Notes: generated by a model not told the origin, from the letters alone. A stretch of DNA of 64,000 nucleotides from an uncultured Alphaproteobacteria bacterium (GCA_943787225.1 CALSLP010000003.1:140797-204796); one strand, 5' to 3'; counted from the stretch's first letter, positions 10,550 to 21,762 are shown. A program made the numbers and translations.

Positions 10550-10675
10550 CAAAAATTCTCCCTGTTGGCTTTCTGGCGGTATCGTCAAACTTGCTGCACC
10601 ATAATCGTCCGGACACACAGGGTCTATGGCGGTCGCGCTTTCGGGTTCTCCGCAATGCGGCTAGAATATCAAGCC

Positions 10676-11110
10676 ATGACAGACATCCAGATTGATGAAA
10701 TTTCCTCAGAGGAAGACATGGAAGCGGCTTTCCACATTCGCCGCGTTGTGTTTTGCGATGAGCAAAAGGTCGATCCTAAAGAGGAATTCGATGGATTGGA
10801 TGAAGAATGCCGGCAATATCTTGCCCGGCGCAAGGGACGGATTGTCGGCACGGCCCGGCTGCGGGTCGACAGCCCGAGTAAAACCAAGATCGAACGAGTC
10901 GCCGTTCTCATGGAAGAACGCGGCCATGGGGTTGGAAAAGAGCTTATGTTTCGCACCATTGAGGATGCAATAGCAGACGACGCTGAAATGATCGTCATTC
11001 ATGCGCAGTGCCATGCTCGAACGTTCTATGAGGCTCTGAGGTTTGTTCAGGTTGGAGAAGAATTCGAGGAAGCCGATATTCCGCATATTTACATGGAATA
11101 CCGGCCTTAA
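10676..11110 (+). CDS. GNAT family N-acetyltransferase
   Basis: Acetyl-CoA binding motif region (RGHGVGKELM). About 145 aa from the MTDIQ start. An upstream ATG at 10655 is also possible. Confidence 0.65.
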   Translation: MTDIQIDEISSEEDMEAAFHIRRVVFCDEQKVDPKEEFDGLDEECRQYLARRKGRIVGTARLRVDSPSKTKIERVAVLMEERGHGVGKELMFRTIEDAIADDAEMIVIHAQCHARTFYEALRFVQVGEEFEEADIPHIYMEYRP

Positions 11111-11165
11111 CCTTGTACGCCAGAAATTACGTCGTAAACTGGGGGCACGACAGGGAAAATACCAA

Positions 11166-11792
11166 ATGCGCATAATCGAAGAGTATCTCGCCCCCAAAAA
11201 TACTGGTTGGGCCACGGAAATGAAGGCAGGACAAATCCTCCGCCTCACCGCCCGCACGATCATCGATTTCGTGGCGTTTGATCAATACGACTATGGCGAA
11301 GCGTTTGATCAGGCCCCTTCCAAAGAAGCCAATGGCTGCATCTATCTGAAAAAGGGCCACCAGATGTTATCGCGGCGCGGCGCCCCTTTGATGACCATGA
11401 TCACGGACGAATTTGACGGTATCGGGACGCATGACATGCAGTTCGGCATGTGTGGCCGCTCTCGTCACAAACGGGCCAAGGAAGAAGGCCGCCTCGGCGA
11501 GTATCTCCATGGCGCCGATATGGAGCTGCCGGACCATGGCTGCTCTGAAAACCTGACCTGGGCGCTGGAGCCCTGGGGCATCCCCTACGAAAACATCCCC
11601 AGCCCGGTCAACTTTTTCCAGAACATGGCGATAGATCAGCAAACCAGCACCATGAAACGCACCCAGATTCGCCCCGAAAAGCCGGTTAACCTGGAGTTGC
11701 GGGCCGAGCGCGACCTGCTGGTTGGATTTAGTGCCTGCCCCGATATGGCGTCGAAGACCCGGGGTCTTGATGTCGGCTGCCACCATATTTGA
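11166..11792 (+). CDS. DUF1989-like (urea-carboxylase-associated family) protein, paralog 1
   Basis: 209 aa with shared family blocks (GQILRLTARTIIDF, PLMTMITDEFDGIGTHDMQFGMC, RAKEEGRL). The family assignment comes from pattern memory, not a search. Confidence 0.55.
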   Translation: MRIIEEYLAPKNTGWATEMKAGQILRLTARTIIDFVAFDQYDYGEAFDQAPSKEANGCIYLKKGHQMLSRRGAPLMTMITDEFDGIGTHDMQFGMCGRSRHKRAKEEGRLGEYLHGADMELPDHGCSENLTWALEPWGIPYENIPSPVNFFQNMAIDQQTSTMKRTQIRPEKPVNLELRAERDLLVGFSACPDMASKTRGLDVGCHHI

Positions 11793-11855
11793 AGATTAGA
11801 CGAAACCATTTGAACGAAACCGCTTAAACGCAACCTGAAGACTGGGATCAAAGTC

Positions 11856-12398
11856 ATGAATGTCATCAGCGAAGAAACCGTCTCGCCGCAAAAGGGCTGG
11901 ATGGGAAATGTCGATAAAGGACAGATATTGCGGATCACCGGCCGCAGCGTGATCGATTTCAACGCCTTCAAACGCGACGATATCCGCGAATATTTCGATA
12001 CGGCGCGATCCCGCATCTATAACCTCAACATGTACCCAACCAAGGGGCATCGTCTGTTCAGCAAGCAGAACAACCCGATGATGCGGATCGTCGAAGATGG
12101 TTTTGCCGGTATCGGACTGCACGATTTGCAATCCGGCCATGGCTGCGCCGAGGGTATGCTCTCTGTTTTAAGCTCCCTCAAGATGACCTATCTGGATTTG
12201 CCGGACCCGATGGGGTTGTTCCGTAATCTCGATATCAGCCAGGATGGCCGCATTCGTCCCAAACCAAAGGGCCCGCCGGAGCCGGTTGCAATCGATCTTG
12301 AAGCAGAGATCGATCTGATCTGCGCCATCATGAACTGCCCGGCCTCGGAAACCTCTGCTTCTGGTGCCGACGCCACAATCACCATTCTACAGCCCTGA
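11856..12398 (+). CDS. DUF1989-like protein, paralog 2 (shorter, 180 aa)
   Basis: Shares the N-terminal blocks with paralogs 1 and 3 (GQILRITGRSVIDF, PMMRIVEDGFAGIGLHDLQSGHGC) but lacks the C-terminal half. Confidence 0.5.
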   Translation: MNVISEETVSPQKGWMGNVDKGQILRITGRSVIDFNAFKRDDIREYFDTARSRIYNLNMYPTKGHRLFSKQNNPMMRIVEDGFAGIGLHDLQSGHGCAEGMLSVLSSLKMTYLDLPDPMGLFRNLDISQDGRIRPKPKGPPEPVAIDLEAEIDLICAIMNCPASETSASGADATITILQP

Positions 12399-12420
12399 CC
12401 GGCCGGTAAGGAGAATAGAC

Positions 12421-13053
12421 ATGAAAATTATCAGCGACGAATTGGTACCGGCAAATAGCGGCTGGGGTGCCCCAATGCAAAAGGGCCAGGTTTTACGGCT
12501 CACCGCCAAAACCATCATCGATTTTGCCTGCATTAATCTGCACAACAATGATGAACGTTTCGACCAGGCTCGGACCAAGGTCTACAACATGAAGCTATGG
12601 ATCACGACGGGCGACGTCCTCTACAGCAAGCTCAACAATCCGATGATGACCATCACCGAAGATCAGTTTGCCGGAATGGGCTATCACGACCTGCAATACG
12701 GCACCTGCTCTGGACCGCGCTATGCCCGCGCCAAGGAAGAAGGGCGGTTAAACCAGTATCATCATGGCGATGACATTCCGGTACCCCCCCGCGGCTGCTG
12801 GGAAAATCTGATTGACGGGTTTAGCCAGTGGAATGTGCCGCCGGAATATATCCCGAGCCCGCTCAACGTGTTTCAGCATGTCGATATCGACACAACGTCC
12901 GGTGAAATTAAGCACACGCCAAACCGGCCAAAAGACCCGATTTATGTCGATTTCCGGGCGGAGATGGACCTTGCCGTCGCTGCCAGCGCCTGCCCCGATT
13001 TGGCAGCACCAGAGTTCGGTCAGCCCATTCAGGCGATGATTTACGAACCTTGA
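12421..13053 (+). CDS. DUF1989-like protein, paralog 3
   Basis: Strong AAGGAGA RBS. Blocks (GQVLRLTAKTIIDF, PMMTITEDQFAGMGYHDLQYGTC, RAKEEGRL) closely parallel paralog 1. Confidence 0.6.
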   Translation: MKIISDELVPANSGWGAPMQKGQVLRLTAKTIIDFACINLHNNDERFDQARTKVYNMKLWITTGDVLYSKLNNPMMTITEDQFAGMGYHDLQYGTCSGPRYARAKEEGRLNQYHHGDDIPVPPRGCWENLIDGFSQWNVPPEYIPSPLNVFQHVDIDTTSGEIKHTPNRPKDPIYVDFRAEMDLAVAASACPDLAAPEFGQPIQAMIYEP

Positions 13054-13907
13054 TTTAAGGCAGCGGCAGTGCGTCGGGCAAAGGTCTCAAAGTCTGTCGG
13101 CTCCCGGCCCAGAATCCAGCCAAGAGCTTTGTCGCTGCCGACCAGACCATGGTCGTCGTAATAGGGAAACATCTTGGCCATGGTCGCCAAAGTAAAGTCG
13201 CTGAAACCAAGGACCCGACCATGATCCAGAAAAGCATCTAGCGGTTCTTTTTCGGCAACGATCTCTGTGCCGAGGACCGATGACAGGATCGCTGCTTTTT
13301 GTCTGAGCGATATTACCGGTCCGGCAATCTCAAACATGCCATTTTCAAAACCGTCATCGGCGAAAACCTTCACCGCCGCCTCCGATACATCATCGAGATC
13401 GACCAGGCTCATCGGGGCATCTATATCATAGGCCATCCGATGAACACCGGTTTCGGCCATTTTGGTCCAGGCTGGCAGCATATTTTGCATATAGGAACCA
13501 ACCTGAAGAATGGTGAAAGGTAGTTTTGAGTTCAGGATAGACTGCTCGACGAAATGGCGTTCCCAATGATGTGGCAGGGCTTCTATCTGGGTGTGCAGAA
13601 CAGAATGAAAAACCAGCCGGGAAACCTTCGCCGATTGGCACGCGGCAATAATGTTATCGCCGTTTAAACGCTCATTTGGGTCCATATTGGGGGCGATATA
13701 ATAGACAGCGTCCACACCAGCCGTCGCGCGCAGGACATCTTCGGCGACCGCTAAATTCCCCGTCATGGCCTCCGCCACCCCGGCTTCTTTAACACTCTCC
13801 AAAGCACGATCGCTGCGGACCATTGCCCGAACGTCCTGTCCCGTTTTGACAAGCGCATCAATGATCGCCTTGCCGGTTTTGCCCGCCGCACAGGTAACCA
13901 AAATCAT
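13041..13907 (-). CDS. NmrA-like NAD(P)-binding oxidoreductase
   Basis: N-terminal Rossmann motif (ILVTCAAGKTGKAI). About 288 aa, typical of the NmrA/HSCARG family. Confidence 0.7.
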   Translation of the reverse strand: MILVTCAAGKTGKAIIDALVKTGQDVRAMVRSDRALESVKEAGVAEAMTGNLAVAEDVLRATAGVDAVYYIAPNMDPNERLNGDNIIAACQSAKVSRLVFHSVLHTQIEALPHHWERHFVEQSILNSKLPFTILQVGSYMQNMLPAWTKMAETGVHRMAYDIDAPMSLVDLDDVSEAAVKVFADDGFENGMFEIAGPVISLRQKAAILSSVLGTEIVAEKEPLDAFLDHGRVLGFSDFTLATMAKMFPYYDDHGLVGSDKALGWILGREPTDFETFARRTAAALNQGS

Positions 13908-14114
13908 TGCCCAACCCTCTACATCATTAGTTGAGCAGACAATAACCGCATTTTATCGGGCAAACACCTCCTTAGTTGGTCACGTAACGTGATAGCAGAG
14001 CGCGTATTAAATTTTGGTGTCACTACTTTACTTATTATTATCAAAACATTCGAATTCCAAGCCTCAACCCTTTTTCAACCAATGTTCTATAGCCTCGGCT
14101 CGCTTAACAGAAAC

Positions 14115-15728
14115 ATGTTGATTGGAGAGTTGAAAATTCCGGCAATAGCGCGGAAAACAGCTGTAAATCAATCACCAGCCGAAAACCTTGCGCTTTCGGC
14201 TGCTGTTGATGCACGCCAGAATGGCAAACTGGAAAAAGCGGACAAGCATATAAAACTAGCGCTAAAACGAAGCCCCAATGACCCAAACACGCTCCATCAG
14301 GCCGCCCTCATAGCCCGAGATCGAGGACGAAACAGCCGCGCTTTGCAGCTTATTGAGAAGGCTGCCGAAATTTTGCCGCATTCTGCCCCCATTCTTTGTG
14401 ATATGGGGCTTCTTTATAAATCCGAAGGCGATAACAACAAATCAATCGCCTGCCAAAGGCGCGTTTGCAGCATGTTGCCAGACTCCGCACCGGCCTGGTC
14501 TAACCTCGGCACGGCGCTTAATGCTGCTGGCCAGTATGACGAAGCCATTCGAGCGCTGTCCTGCGCCATCGACATCAATCCGCATGAACCGGAATTCCAT
14601 TTCAATCAGGCGAACGCTTATCTTGGCCAGGGCGATCTAAACCCGGCAATTGCATCCTTTGAGCGAACAATCGAACTCGCCCCCTATCATCTAAAAGCCC
14701 TGATCAACCTGGCATCAGCGCAAAAGGATATCGGACGCATATCCGATGCCGAGATAACCCTCGCAGCAGCGGCTCAGCTGGCACCGACAAATCCTGACGT
14801 GTTGTGGAATGAAGCCCTTATGATGTTGAGCCAGCAAGACTATCAAAACGGCTGGGCAGCCTACGAAGCGCGGCGCTCTATTCCAGGTTTTGCCATTCGT
14901 CACCAGGACAAGCCAAGCTGGGACGGCAGCGATCTCGAAGGTCGAAAACTGCTGATCCATGCTGAACAGGGTTTGGGCGACACCCTTCAGTTCTGCCGAT
15001 ACCTCGAACATTTTACCGAGCAGGACATCGACTTTGCCGTCGAGCTGCCGGAACGGTTACTGCCCCTTCTTTCCAGTCTACCCAGCAGCGACCATCATGT
15101 AGCCATCGGACAAAACACACGTTGCGACGTTCAAGCACCGTTGATGTCGTTGCCGCATCTGATTGGCCCGGCTGAACCATTCTACCCCGCCACTCGCGCT
15201 TATATTCCAGCTGAGGAGAACTCTGTCGCTCAGTGGCGCGAACGCCTTCCCTCTGATGGTACCCTGCGGATCGCCCTCTGCTGGCAGGGCAATACCGACT
15301 ACCGGGCGGATGCCAATCGTTCGATTCCGCTCGACGCCTTCTCCCCCATTGCCACGCTAGAAAACATCCAGTTGATCAGCTTGCAGCAGGGCGATTCAAC
15401 GGAGGATCTCGCCCGTCAATCATGGGGAGCCAATGTCCTTTCCCTCGGCAATGACATCGATACCGACGGTGCCTTTGTCGATTCCGCCGCGATTTTAAAG
15501 TCTGTCGACCTGCTGATCACATCCGACACCGCGATAGCCCATCTCGGCGGCGCTCTCGGTGTAAAGACATGGCTCGCCCTCGCCTTCGTCCCAGATTGGC
15601 GCTGGGGTCTCAGCGGCACAGAGACAAGCTGGTACCCCTCAATGACACTTTACCGCCAACCCCAACATGGCGACTGGGCTAGCATTTTTAAGAAAATAAC
15701 ACACGATCTAAAGGAGCAATATTCATGA
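14115..15728 (+). CDS. TPR-repeat protein with a C-terminal glycosyltransferase family 9 (heptosyltransferase-like) domain
   Basis: Multiple TPR units in the N-terminal half. C-terminal (GLGDTLQFCRYLEHF...ITSDTAIAHLGGALG) resembles the GT9 fold. The start is uncertain because the ORF is open from 13989 through an AT-rich promoter-like stretch. Confidence 0.6.
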   Translation: MLIGELKIPAIARKTAVNQSPAENLALSAAVDARQNGKLEKADKHIKLALKRSPNDPNTLHQAALIARDRGRNSRALQLIEKAAEILPHSAPILCDMGLLYKSEGDNNKSIACQRRVCSMLPDSAPAWSNLGTALNAAGQYDEAIRALSCAIDINPHEPEFHFNQANAYLGQGDLNPAIASFERTIELAPYHLKALINLASAQKDIGRISDAEITLAAAAQLAPTNPDVLWNEALMMLSQQDYQNGWAAYEARRSIPGFAIRHQDKPSWDGSDLEGRKLLIHAEQGLGDTLQFCRYLEHFTEQDIDFAVELPERLLPLLSSLPSSDHHVAIGQNTRCDVQAPLMSLPHLIGPAEPFYPATRAYIPAEENSVAQWRERLPSDGTLRIALCWQGNTDYRADANRSIPLDAFSPIATLENIQLISLQQGDSTEDLARQSWGANVLSLGNDIDTDGAFVDSAAILKSVDLLITSDTAIAHLGGALGVKTWLALAFVPDWRWGLSGTETSWYPSMTLYRQPQHGDWASIFKKITHDLKEQYS

Positions 15729-16147
15729 GTGCGCAATTTAAAACCCACTCCGATATGGTTGAATCTGTTCAGGTGGAGATTTCTCCCGGTGAGTTAATCG
15801 ACAAAATCACCATCCTCGAAATCAAGGAACAACGTATCCGCGACAAATCAAAGCTTGCGAATGTTCGCCGCGAGCTCGACGCCCTGTGCTCGGTGCGCGA
15901 TGCAACGATTGGTGAGAGTGCCGAACTCCATCGTCTGGAAACCGATCTCAAGGCGATCAATGTTAAGCTTTGGGATATCGAAGACGAAATTCGGGATCGC
16001 GAGCGGGACCTCGATTTCAACAAGAGATTCATTACCTGCGCCCGCGCCGTCTATAAAACCAACGACCGGCGGGCTGAATTAAAATATCAGATTAACGAAT
16101 TTCTGGGCGCGTCGATTACCGAAGAAAAGTCCTACCCGACTTACTAG
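15725..16147 (+). CDS. hypothetical coiled-coil protein (140 aa), translationally coupled to the TPR-GT gene
   Basis: ATGA overlap with the upstream gene. Charged, heptad-rich sequence. Confidence 0.45.
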   Translation: MSAQFKTHSDMVESVQVEISPGELIDKITILEIKEQRIRDKSKLANVRRELDALCSVRDATIGESAELHRLETDLKAINVKLWDIEDEIRDRERDLDFNKRFITCARAVYKTNDRRAELKYQINEFLGASITEEKSYPTY

Positions 16148-16152
16148 CCCGA

Positions 16153-16566
16153 CTATTCTGCGCCGCCGTCTTCCTTTTCCTGAAACTGGAGCGATACCGA
16201 ATTCATGCAAAAGCGCTGATATGTCGGCGACGGCCCATCGGGAAAGACATGTCCAAGATGGGCATCACATTTTGCGCAGACCACCTCTGTACGTTTCATA
16301 AACATGGCCCCGTCTTCACGCAGCTCAACCGCGTCCTTTGACAAAGGCGCAAAGAAGCTCGGCCAGCCGGTCCCGGAATCAAACTTGGTCTCGGAATCAA
16401 ACAGCGGATTGCCGCAACAGGAGCAAGCAAATGTCCCAGCGCCCTTGAAGGCATTGTATTCCCCGGAAAAGGGCCGTTCTGTACCTGCCTCGCGGCAGAC
16501 ATGAAACTGTTCCGGCGTCAGCTCAGCGCGCCATTCGTCATCGGATTTTTCAATCTTCTCGGTCAT
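16153..16566 (-). CDS. msrB: peptide-methionine (R)-S-oxide reductase
   Basis: SelR/MsrB zinc-binding CxxC pairs and the catalytic region ([11 protein letters not shown]...GWPSF...[12 protein letters not shown]). Confidence 0.9.
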   Translation of the reverse strand: MTEKIEKSDDEWRAELTPEQFHVCREAGTERPFSGEYNAFKGAGTFACSCCGNPLFDSETKFDSGTGWPSFFAPLSKDAVELREDGAMFMKRTEVVCAKCDAHLGHVFPDGPSPTYQRFCMNSVSLQFQEKEDGGAE

Positions 16567-16618
16567 TTTTCTTACTCCATTCTGTCAAACCGGATGCTGC
16601 CGGAAATAACCGAACAGA

Positions 16619-17041
16619 TCAATCATCGCCTCGCACCCGGCCGCGATTGGTTTTGATATTGCTATGCCGACGCTTGCTATCAAGACGTCGCTTTTTGACG
16701 CCTTTGCTAACGCGTGTTGGTCGACGAAATTTCGGCGTCACGGCGGCATCACGGATTAACGCGATCAACCTGTTCATTGCATCGCGACGATTGAGCTCCT
16801 GCGTTCTAAACTGGTTTGCGGTGATGACGATGACGCCGTCCTTTGTCATACGCCTGCCCGCCAGCGTCTTGAGGCGCAGGAAAACCGCATTCGATAGGGC
16901 CGGGCTCGTTCGGGCGCTATAGCGGAGCTGAACGGCACTTTCCGTCTTATTTACTTTTTGCCCACCCGCCCCAGGAGAACGCATGAATTGTTCGCTGATT
17001 TCATGTTCTTCAATGCTGATGGACGGGGTGATTTCGATCAT
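16619..17041 (-). CDS. arfB: alternative ribosome-rescue factor ArfB (peptidyl-tRNA hydrolase, RF-1 domain)
   Basis: GGQ motif (SPGAGGQKVNKTESAVQLRY) followed by a basic C-terminal tail. About 140 aa. Confidence 0.8.
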   Translation of the reverse strand: MIEITPSISIEEHEISEQFMRSPGAGGQKVNKTESAVQLRYSARTSPALSNAVFLRLKTLAGRRMTKDGVIVITANQFRTQELNRRDAMNRLIALIRDAAVTPKFRRPTRVSKGVKKRRLDSKRRHSNIKTNRGRVRGDD

Positions 17042-17256
17042 GGCTGCTGATTTTGGCTTGGGTTGAGTCGAGACAGGAACGGTTTTAATTTGCCTATCCG
17101 GTCGACGGGCAGTCAGATATCACACAAGACGCTCATGGGCTCGTTTAAATTGCCTCGTTGCGGTATAGACGAGCAACAGGATAGCAGGACAATTGCGCCG
17201 GTCAGCCGGAAAATCCGGGCTGGGTTTGCATATAGGTTTGAGTGCTTCGATAGACA

Positions 17257-18417
17257 ATGACAGAAAATGCACAGAGGCCTCTGGTCGTCCATATCATTGA
17301 CCGACTGCTTGTCGGCGGTATGGAGAACGGTATTGTCAACATCCTCAACCATTCGCCGCCAGGTCGCTATCGCCATGCCATTATTTGTCTGCGTTATTTC
17401 TCTGAATTTCGGAACCGGATTGATGACGACACTGTCGAGGTTTATGCCCTCGACAAAAAAGACGGTAAGAATCCAGGCTACTATTTTCGATTATGGCGAT
17501 TGCTTCGCCAATTACGGCCTGAAATCGTTCACACGCGAAACCTCCCAACGATCGATCTCGTTCCCATCATTGCTCTTTCAGGGGTGCGTCACATCGTTCA
17601 TGGCGAACACGGCAGAGACCTTCTGGAAGTGCACGGCGAGAACCGAAAATACAATCGAATTCGCCGTCTCATGTCACCCTGGGTCGACCGTTATATTACG
17701 GTGTCCCGGGACCTCCAGACATGGCTAAGTGACACGGTCGGCATCCCCGTGAACAAGATCAGCCAAATATACAACGGCGTGGACACAAAGAAGTTCTCGC
17801 CCCCGCCAAAAGAAAAACCTCTTCTCCCTGCCGAAGCCGGCCAACCCGACCACGCCTTTGTCATCGGCACTGTTGGGCGGATGGAAGGCATCAAGGATCA
17901 GATCACCCTGGTTCAGAGCTTCATCCAGCTTTGCCAACGTCAGAGCGACAATAGAAAATCTCCCTTTCTCGTCCTCGTCGGAGACGGCTCGCTGCGGAAA
18001 CCTGCGAGAAACTTGTTCCAGGAAGCCGGACTGCTCGACAAAGCATGGCTCGCCGGTAGCCGAGACGACGTGCCTGAAATCTTGCCAGCCCTGGACCTTT
18101 TCGTCCTCCCCTCCATCAACGAAGGTATTTCCAATACAATCATCGAAGCGATGGCGACCGGCTTACCGGTGGTCGCCACACAGGCCGGTGGAAACCCCGA
18201 GCTCGTTCTGCCCGACAAAACCGGTATGCTGGTGCCGCCGCAGGATGTCGAGGCGATGGCCACAGGTCTCGATCTATATTTTACGAGCCCTGACCTATGC
18301 CAGGAACATGGCAGCGCTGGACGCACCCGCGTTCTCAACCAATTCAGCTTGCAGGCCATGATCGACAGCTATTTATCAATTTATGACCAGCTTCTGTCAG
18401 GTCCGACAAAATCATAA
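17257..18417 (+). CDS. glycosyltransferase family 4 (GT-B)
   Basis: C-terminal EGISNTIIEAMATGLPVVAT motif typical of GT4. Confidence 0.8.
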   Translation: MTENAQRPLVVHIIDRLLVGGMENGIVNILNHSPPGRYRHAIICLRYFSEFRNRIDDDTVEVYALDKKDGKNPGYYFRLWRLLRQLRPEIVHTRNLPTIDLVPIIALSGVRHIVHGEHGRDLLEVHGENRKYNRIRRLMSPWVDRYITVSRDLQTWLSDTVGIPVNKISQIYNGVDTKKFSPPPKEKPLLPAEAGQPDHAFVIGTVGRMEGIKDQITLVQSFIQLCQRQSDNRKSPFLVLVGDGSLRKPARNLFQEAGLLDKAWLAGSRDDVPEILPALDLFVLPSINEGISNTIIEAMATGLPVVATQAGGNPELVLPDKTGMLVPPQDVEAMATGLDLYFTSPDLCQEHGSAGRTRVLNQFSLQAMIDSYLSIYDQLLSGPTKS

Positions 18418-18525
18418 CGTCGGGCGGAACGTGCATTCCAACGACGCGCTCGCCATTCGGGTAAACGACCATTTAATCTGGCCAGCGCCCCTAGCGCCCG
18501 GTGTCCACGGGACCTATAACGAACC

Positions 18526-19449
18526 ATGCAAGTTTTCCAACCCTTAGGTGCTTGGTTCGATTCCCTGCCGGGTGCGGTCCGGGCGGGGTTCTGGATTACC
18601 TGTGCCGGCGCTTGTTTCACGAGCATGATGACAATCGCCCGCACCTTATCGCCTGAACTTTCAATTTTGGTTATTGTATTCTTCCGGGCAACCTTTGGCC
18701 TGATGTTCCTGCTACCTACTGCATTCTCGAATGGCGGCGCAAGATTACGAACCAAGAAAATGCCGATGTACGCCATCCGTGGCATCTCCGCCTATCTCAG
18801 CGTCACCTTCTTCTTTTTAGCGGCGACCTATATCCCGCTGGGCGACATTGCCGCCATCGGCTTTACCCGTCCCGTCTTCGCCTGTATTGCCGCCATCCTG
18901 ATCCTCGGTGAACTGGCCCGCACCCGTCGCTGGATTGCGATTGGCATTGGCGTTGTCGGTGCCCTGATCGTCGTCCGCCCAGGGCTACAGGAAATCAACC
19001 TCGGTATCATCTTCGCGATCACCGCGGTTTTATTAAGCGTCTGTAACTCAATCATGATCAAGTATCTGTCGCGAACGGAACATCCTGACAGTATCGCCAT
19101 CTACCAGGCAGTCTTTGTCGCGCCCTATGCTTTGGCGGTCGCGGTCTTTGTCTGGAAAACACCGACGTTGGAGCAATTTGCCTGGCTGATATTGATTGGC
19201 GCTTTTGGCGCGCTCACGCAACGTGCCCTGGCGCGTTCCTTCCATGCCGCTGATGCAACTGTGGTCATTACGCTGGACTTCATCCGCCTGCCGGTCGCTG
19301 CCCTCATTGGGCTGGCCGTGTTTGGTGAATGGCCAGAAATATGGGTTTGGATTGGCAGCATTGTGATCGTCGCGTCCTCCTTCCTGCTCACGAAAAAAGA
19401 AGTGGACGACAAAGAAGTCAACAAACCGACAAGCAACGGGCCGGGCTAG
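18526..19449 (+). CDS. DMT superfamily (EamA-like) transporter
   Basis: About ten predicted TM helices in a duplicated EamA arrangement. Confidence 0.75.
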   Translation: MQVFQPLGAWFDSLPGAVRAGFWITCAGACFTSMMTIARTLSPELSILVIVFFRATFGLMFLLPTAFSNGGARLRTKKMPMYAIRGISAYLSVTFFFLAATYIPLGDIAAIGFTRPVFACIAAILILGELARTRRWIAIGIGVVGALIVVRPGLQEINLGIIFAITAVLLSVCNSIMIKYLSRTEHPDSIAIYQAVFVAPYALAVAVFVWKTPTLEQFAWLILIGAFGALTQRALARSFHAADATVVITLDFIRLPVAALIGLAVFGEWPEIWVWIGSIVIVASSFLLTKKEVDDKEVNKPTSNGPG

Positions 19450-19455
19450 ATCAGA

Positions 19456-20694
19456 TTACGCGCGTTTCTCGTAATGGCTATCGACATACGTCTCGACGAT
19501 CTGCTGGAATTCTTCCGCAATACCAGGCCCCCGCAAAGTCATCGCCTTTTCACCATCGATAAAGACCGGTGCCGCGGGTTCTTCACCAGTTCCCGGTAGG
19601 CTGATCCCGATATTGGCATGCTTGCTTTCACCGGGCCCGTTCACGATGCAGCCCATGACGGCTACCGCCATATCTTCGACCCCGTCATAATTCTCACGCC
19701 ATGCCGGCATCTGTACGCGGATGTAGGTCTGGATCTTGCTGGCGAGTTCCTGAAACACCGTGCTGGTGGTCCGACCACAGCCAGGACAGGCCGTCACTAA
19801 CGGAACAAACGAGCGCAGCCCCATCACCTGAAGCATTTCCTGCGCCACGATCACTTCATTGCGTGCGATCACCACCGGGTTCCGGCGTCAGCGAAACTCG
19901 AATGGTATCGCCAATCCCCTGCTGCAACAAAACGCCCATGCCGGCGGTCGAGGCAACAATGCCTTTGGAGCCCATCCCCGCTTCGGTAAGGCCAAGATGC
20001 AGGGCATAGTTACAACGCTGCGCCAGCTCGCCATAGACACCGATCAAATCCTGAACTTCTGAGACCTTACAGGAGATAATAATTTTCTCCGGCCCCATGC
20101 CTAATTCATGCGCGCGCTCCGCCGAGAGCAACGCCGACTGGATCATCGCTTCGCGGGTAATCTCGGTTGCCTCGCGCGGCTTTCAGCCTTGGCGTTTTCA
20201 TCCATCAAATGGGTGAGGAGTTCCTGATCGAGACTGCCCCAGTTCACACCAATTCGAACCGGACGATCATATTTCAACGCTACCTCAATCATCGTTGAGA
20301 ATTGCAGATCGCGTTTTTCACGAAAACCGACATTGCCGGGATTAATGCGATATTTTGCCAGCGCCTCGGCACAGTCCGGATACTTGGTCAGAAGTTGGTG
20401 GCCAATATAGTGAAAATCGCCAACCAGCGGGACATCAATGCCCTGCTTGTCGAGCGCTTCCCGAATATGCGGAACGGCAGCAGCGGCCTCTTCGCGATCA
20501 ACCGTTATCCGGACAATTTCCGACCCGGCTTTGGCAAGCTGCGCCACCTGCTCCGTCGTCGATGCGACATCGGCTGTATCGGTATTGGTCATCGACTGGA
20601 CAACCACTGGCGCACCACCGCCAATGATCACATTTCCGACTTTTACCGGCACGCTATCGCGACGCTGAATACCGTTTACCCTTTTGGTCATCAC
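19456..20694 (-). pseudogene. ispG: 4-hydroxy-3-methylbut-2-enyl diphosphate synthase (IspG/GcpE) split into three ORFs by two frameshifts (near 19875 and 20150)
   Basis: The three collinear ORFs 20143..20694, 19856..20146 and 19456..19875 together reconstitute a full IspG ([30 protein letters not shown]). It is essential in MEP-pathway bacteria, so the shifts are probably sequence errors. Confidence 0.8.
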
Positions 20695-20797
20695 TCAATC
20701 CGTTTGATACAAAGATAGCTGATCCACTGTGTCAGACTGCTGACACAGATCCATATCCCTTACATAGCGGGAATCAAATAAAAACGGTAGCGCGGAG

Positions 20798-21733
20798 TCA
20801 CTCCGCCGCCGCGTGCGCCTTATCCTGAGCGTCCCTATCGACGAGATCAGCCGCCACGGTCGTCTCCGCGAGCATGCCCCAGCTTCGGATCCATTCATAG
20901 GAACGCGCAAGCTCCGCTTCCGGGATGGGACCTGGTTTCTGAACAATTAACCGGCTCGGGCGCAAATCATCGACCGTCAAAGCGGCACCAATCTCAGGAT
21001 CACGATCTTTATAATAATCGATGAAATAATGCATGTAGCTGTGCTTGGCGGCATTGATCCGCCGCACAGCCTCCGTGACCGCACGATTAAACGCGGCATA
21101 GGTTTCAACATCAACCTTATCGGACACGACCTCGGTGCCATGAAACGATGCTGCGGCAAGCACCCGGCAGCCCTGTTTCTCGGCCAGCGAGATATAGGGT
21201 TCGGTCAGGCAAGCACCGTCATAATCGCCCCGCAACAGCGCGTCATACTGACGACGCGACCCGTTTGGTGTCTTACAGGTCTTGATCTGGTCACGCGGCA
21301 AAAATCCTTCGAGCATCAACAGCGTCAGAAAATGAGTGCCAAAATAATAAGGTAACCCGACAACCTTGCCGGCCATTTGTTGTGGCGTATAGGCGCTAGA
21401 ATCCGGCGGCACCACCAACGCACCGAAGGCAACAATAGCGCGACGGCCCACCTGGCGGCCGCCCATATCGGAATCCTGAACGCGACAGTAATTGCCCCAC
21501 TCGCAGGCGTTATACATATCCGCCTTGCCCTGCTCGAACAGCTTGCCATGGCTGGCAAACGGATCGATTCCGACGGGGCTGTTCACATCTTTCTGAGTAT
21601 CAGGCTTGGGGCCGGCATCGCGATCAGCCCAGGCAACTTCTATCCCCTCTGCTTCGAACAACCCTTCATCATAGGCGACAAGTTCCGGCAGCCCTTGAAA
21701 AGGGGCTGTCGTTTCAAGGGTAAGCTTCTTCAT
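20798..21733 (-). CDS. NMT1/THI5-like (SsuA/TauA periplasmic-binding-protein fold) protein without signal peptide, paralog A
   Basis: 311 aa with no N-terminal hydrophobic segment. N-terminal G-[LF]-[FL]-E-A-E-G-I-E-V block and a GKADMYNACEWGNYCRVQD block characteristic of the fold. RBS GGGAAGAG. Confidence 0.6.
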   Translation of the reverse strand: MKKLTLETTAPFQGLPELVAYDEGLFEAEGIEVAWADRDAGPKPDTQKDVNSPVGIDPFASHGKLFEQGKADMYNACEWGNYCRVQDSDMGGRQVGRRAIVAFGALVVPPDSSAYTPQQMAGKVVGLPYYFGTHFLTLLMLEGFLPRDQIKTCKTPNGSRRQYDALLRGDYDGACLTEPYISLAEKQGCRVLAAASFHGTEVVSDKVDVETYAAFNRAVTEAVRRINAAKHSYMHYFIDYYKDRDPEIGAALTVDDLRPSRLIVQKPGPIPEAELARSYEWIRSWGMLAETTVAADLVDRDAQDKAHAAAE

Positions 21734-21762
21734 CTTGCTCTTCCCATTACTCGAGCCTGAAG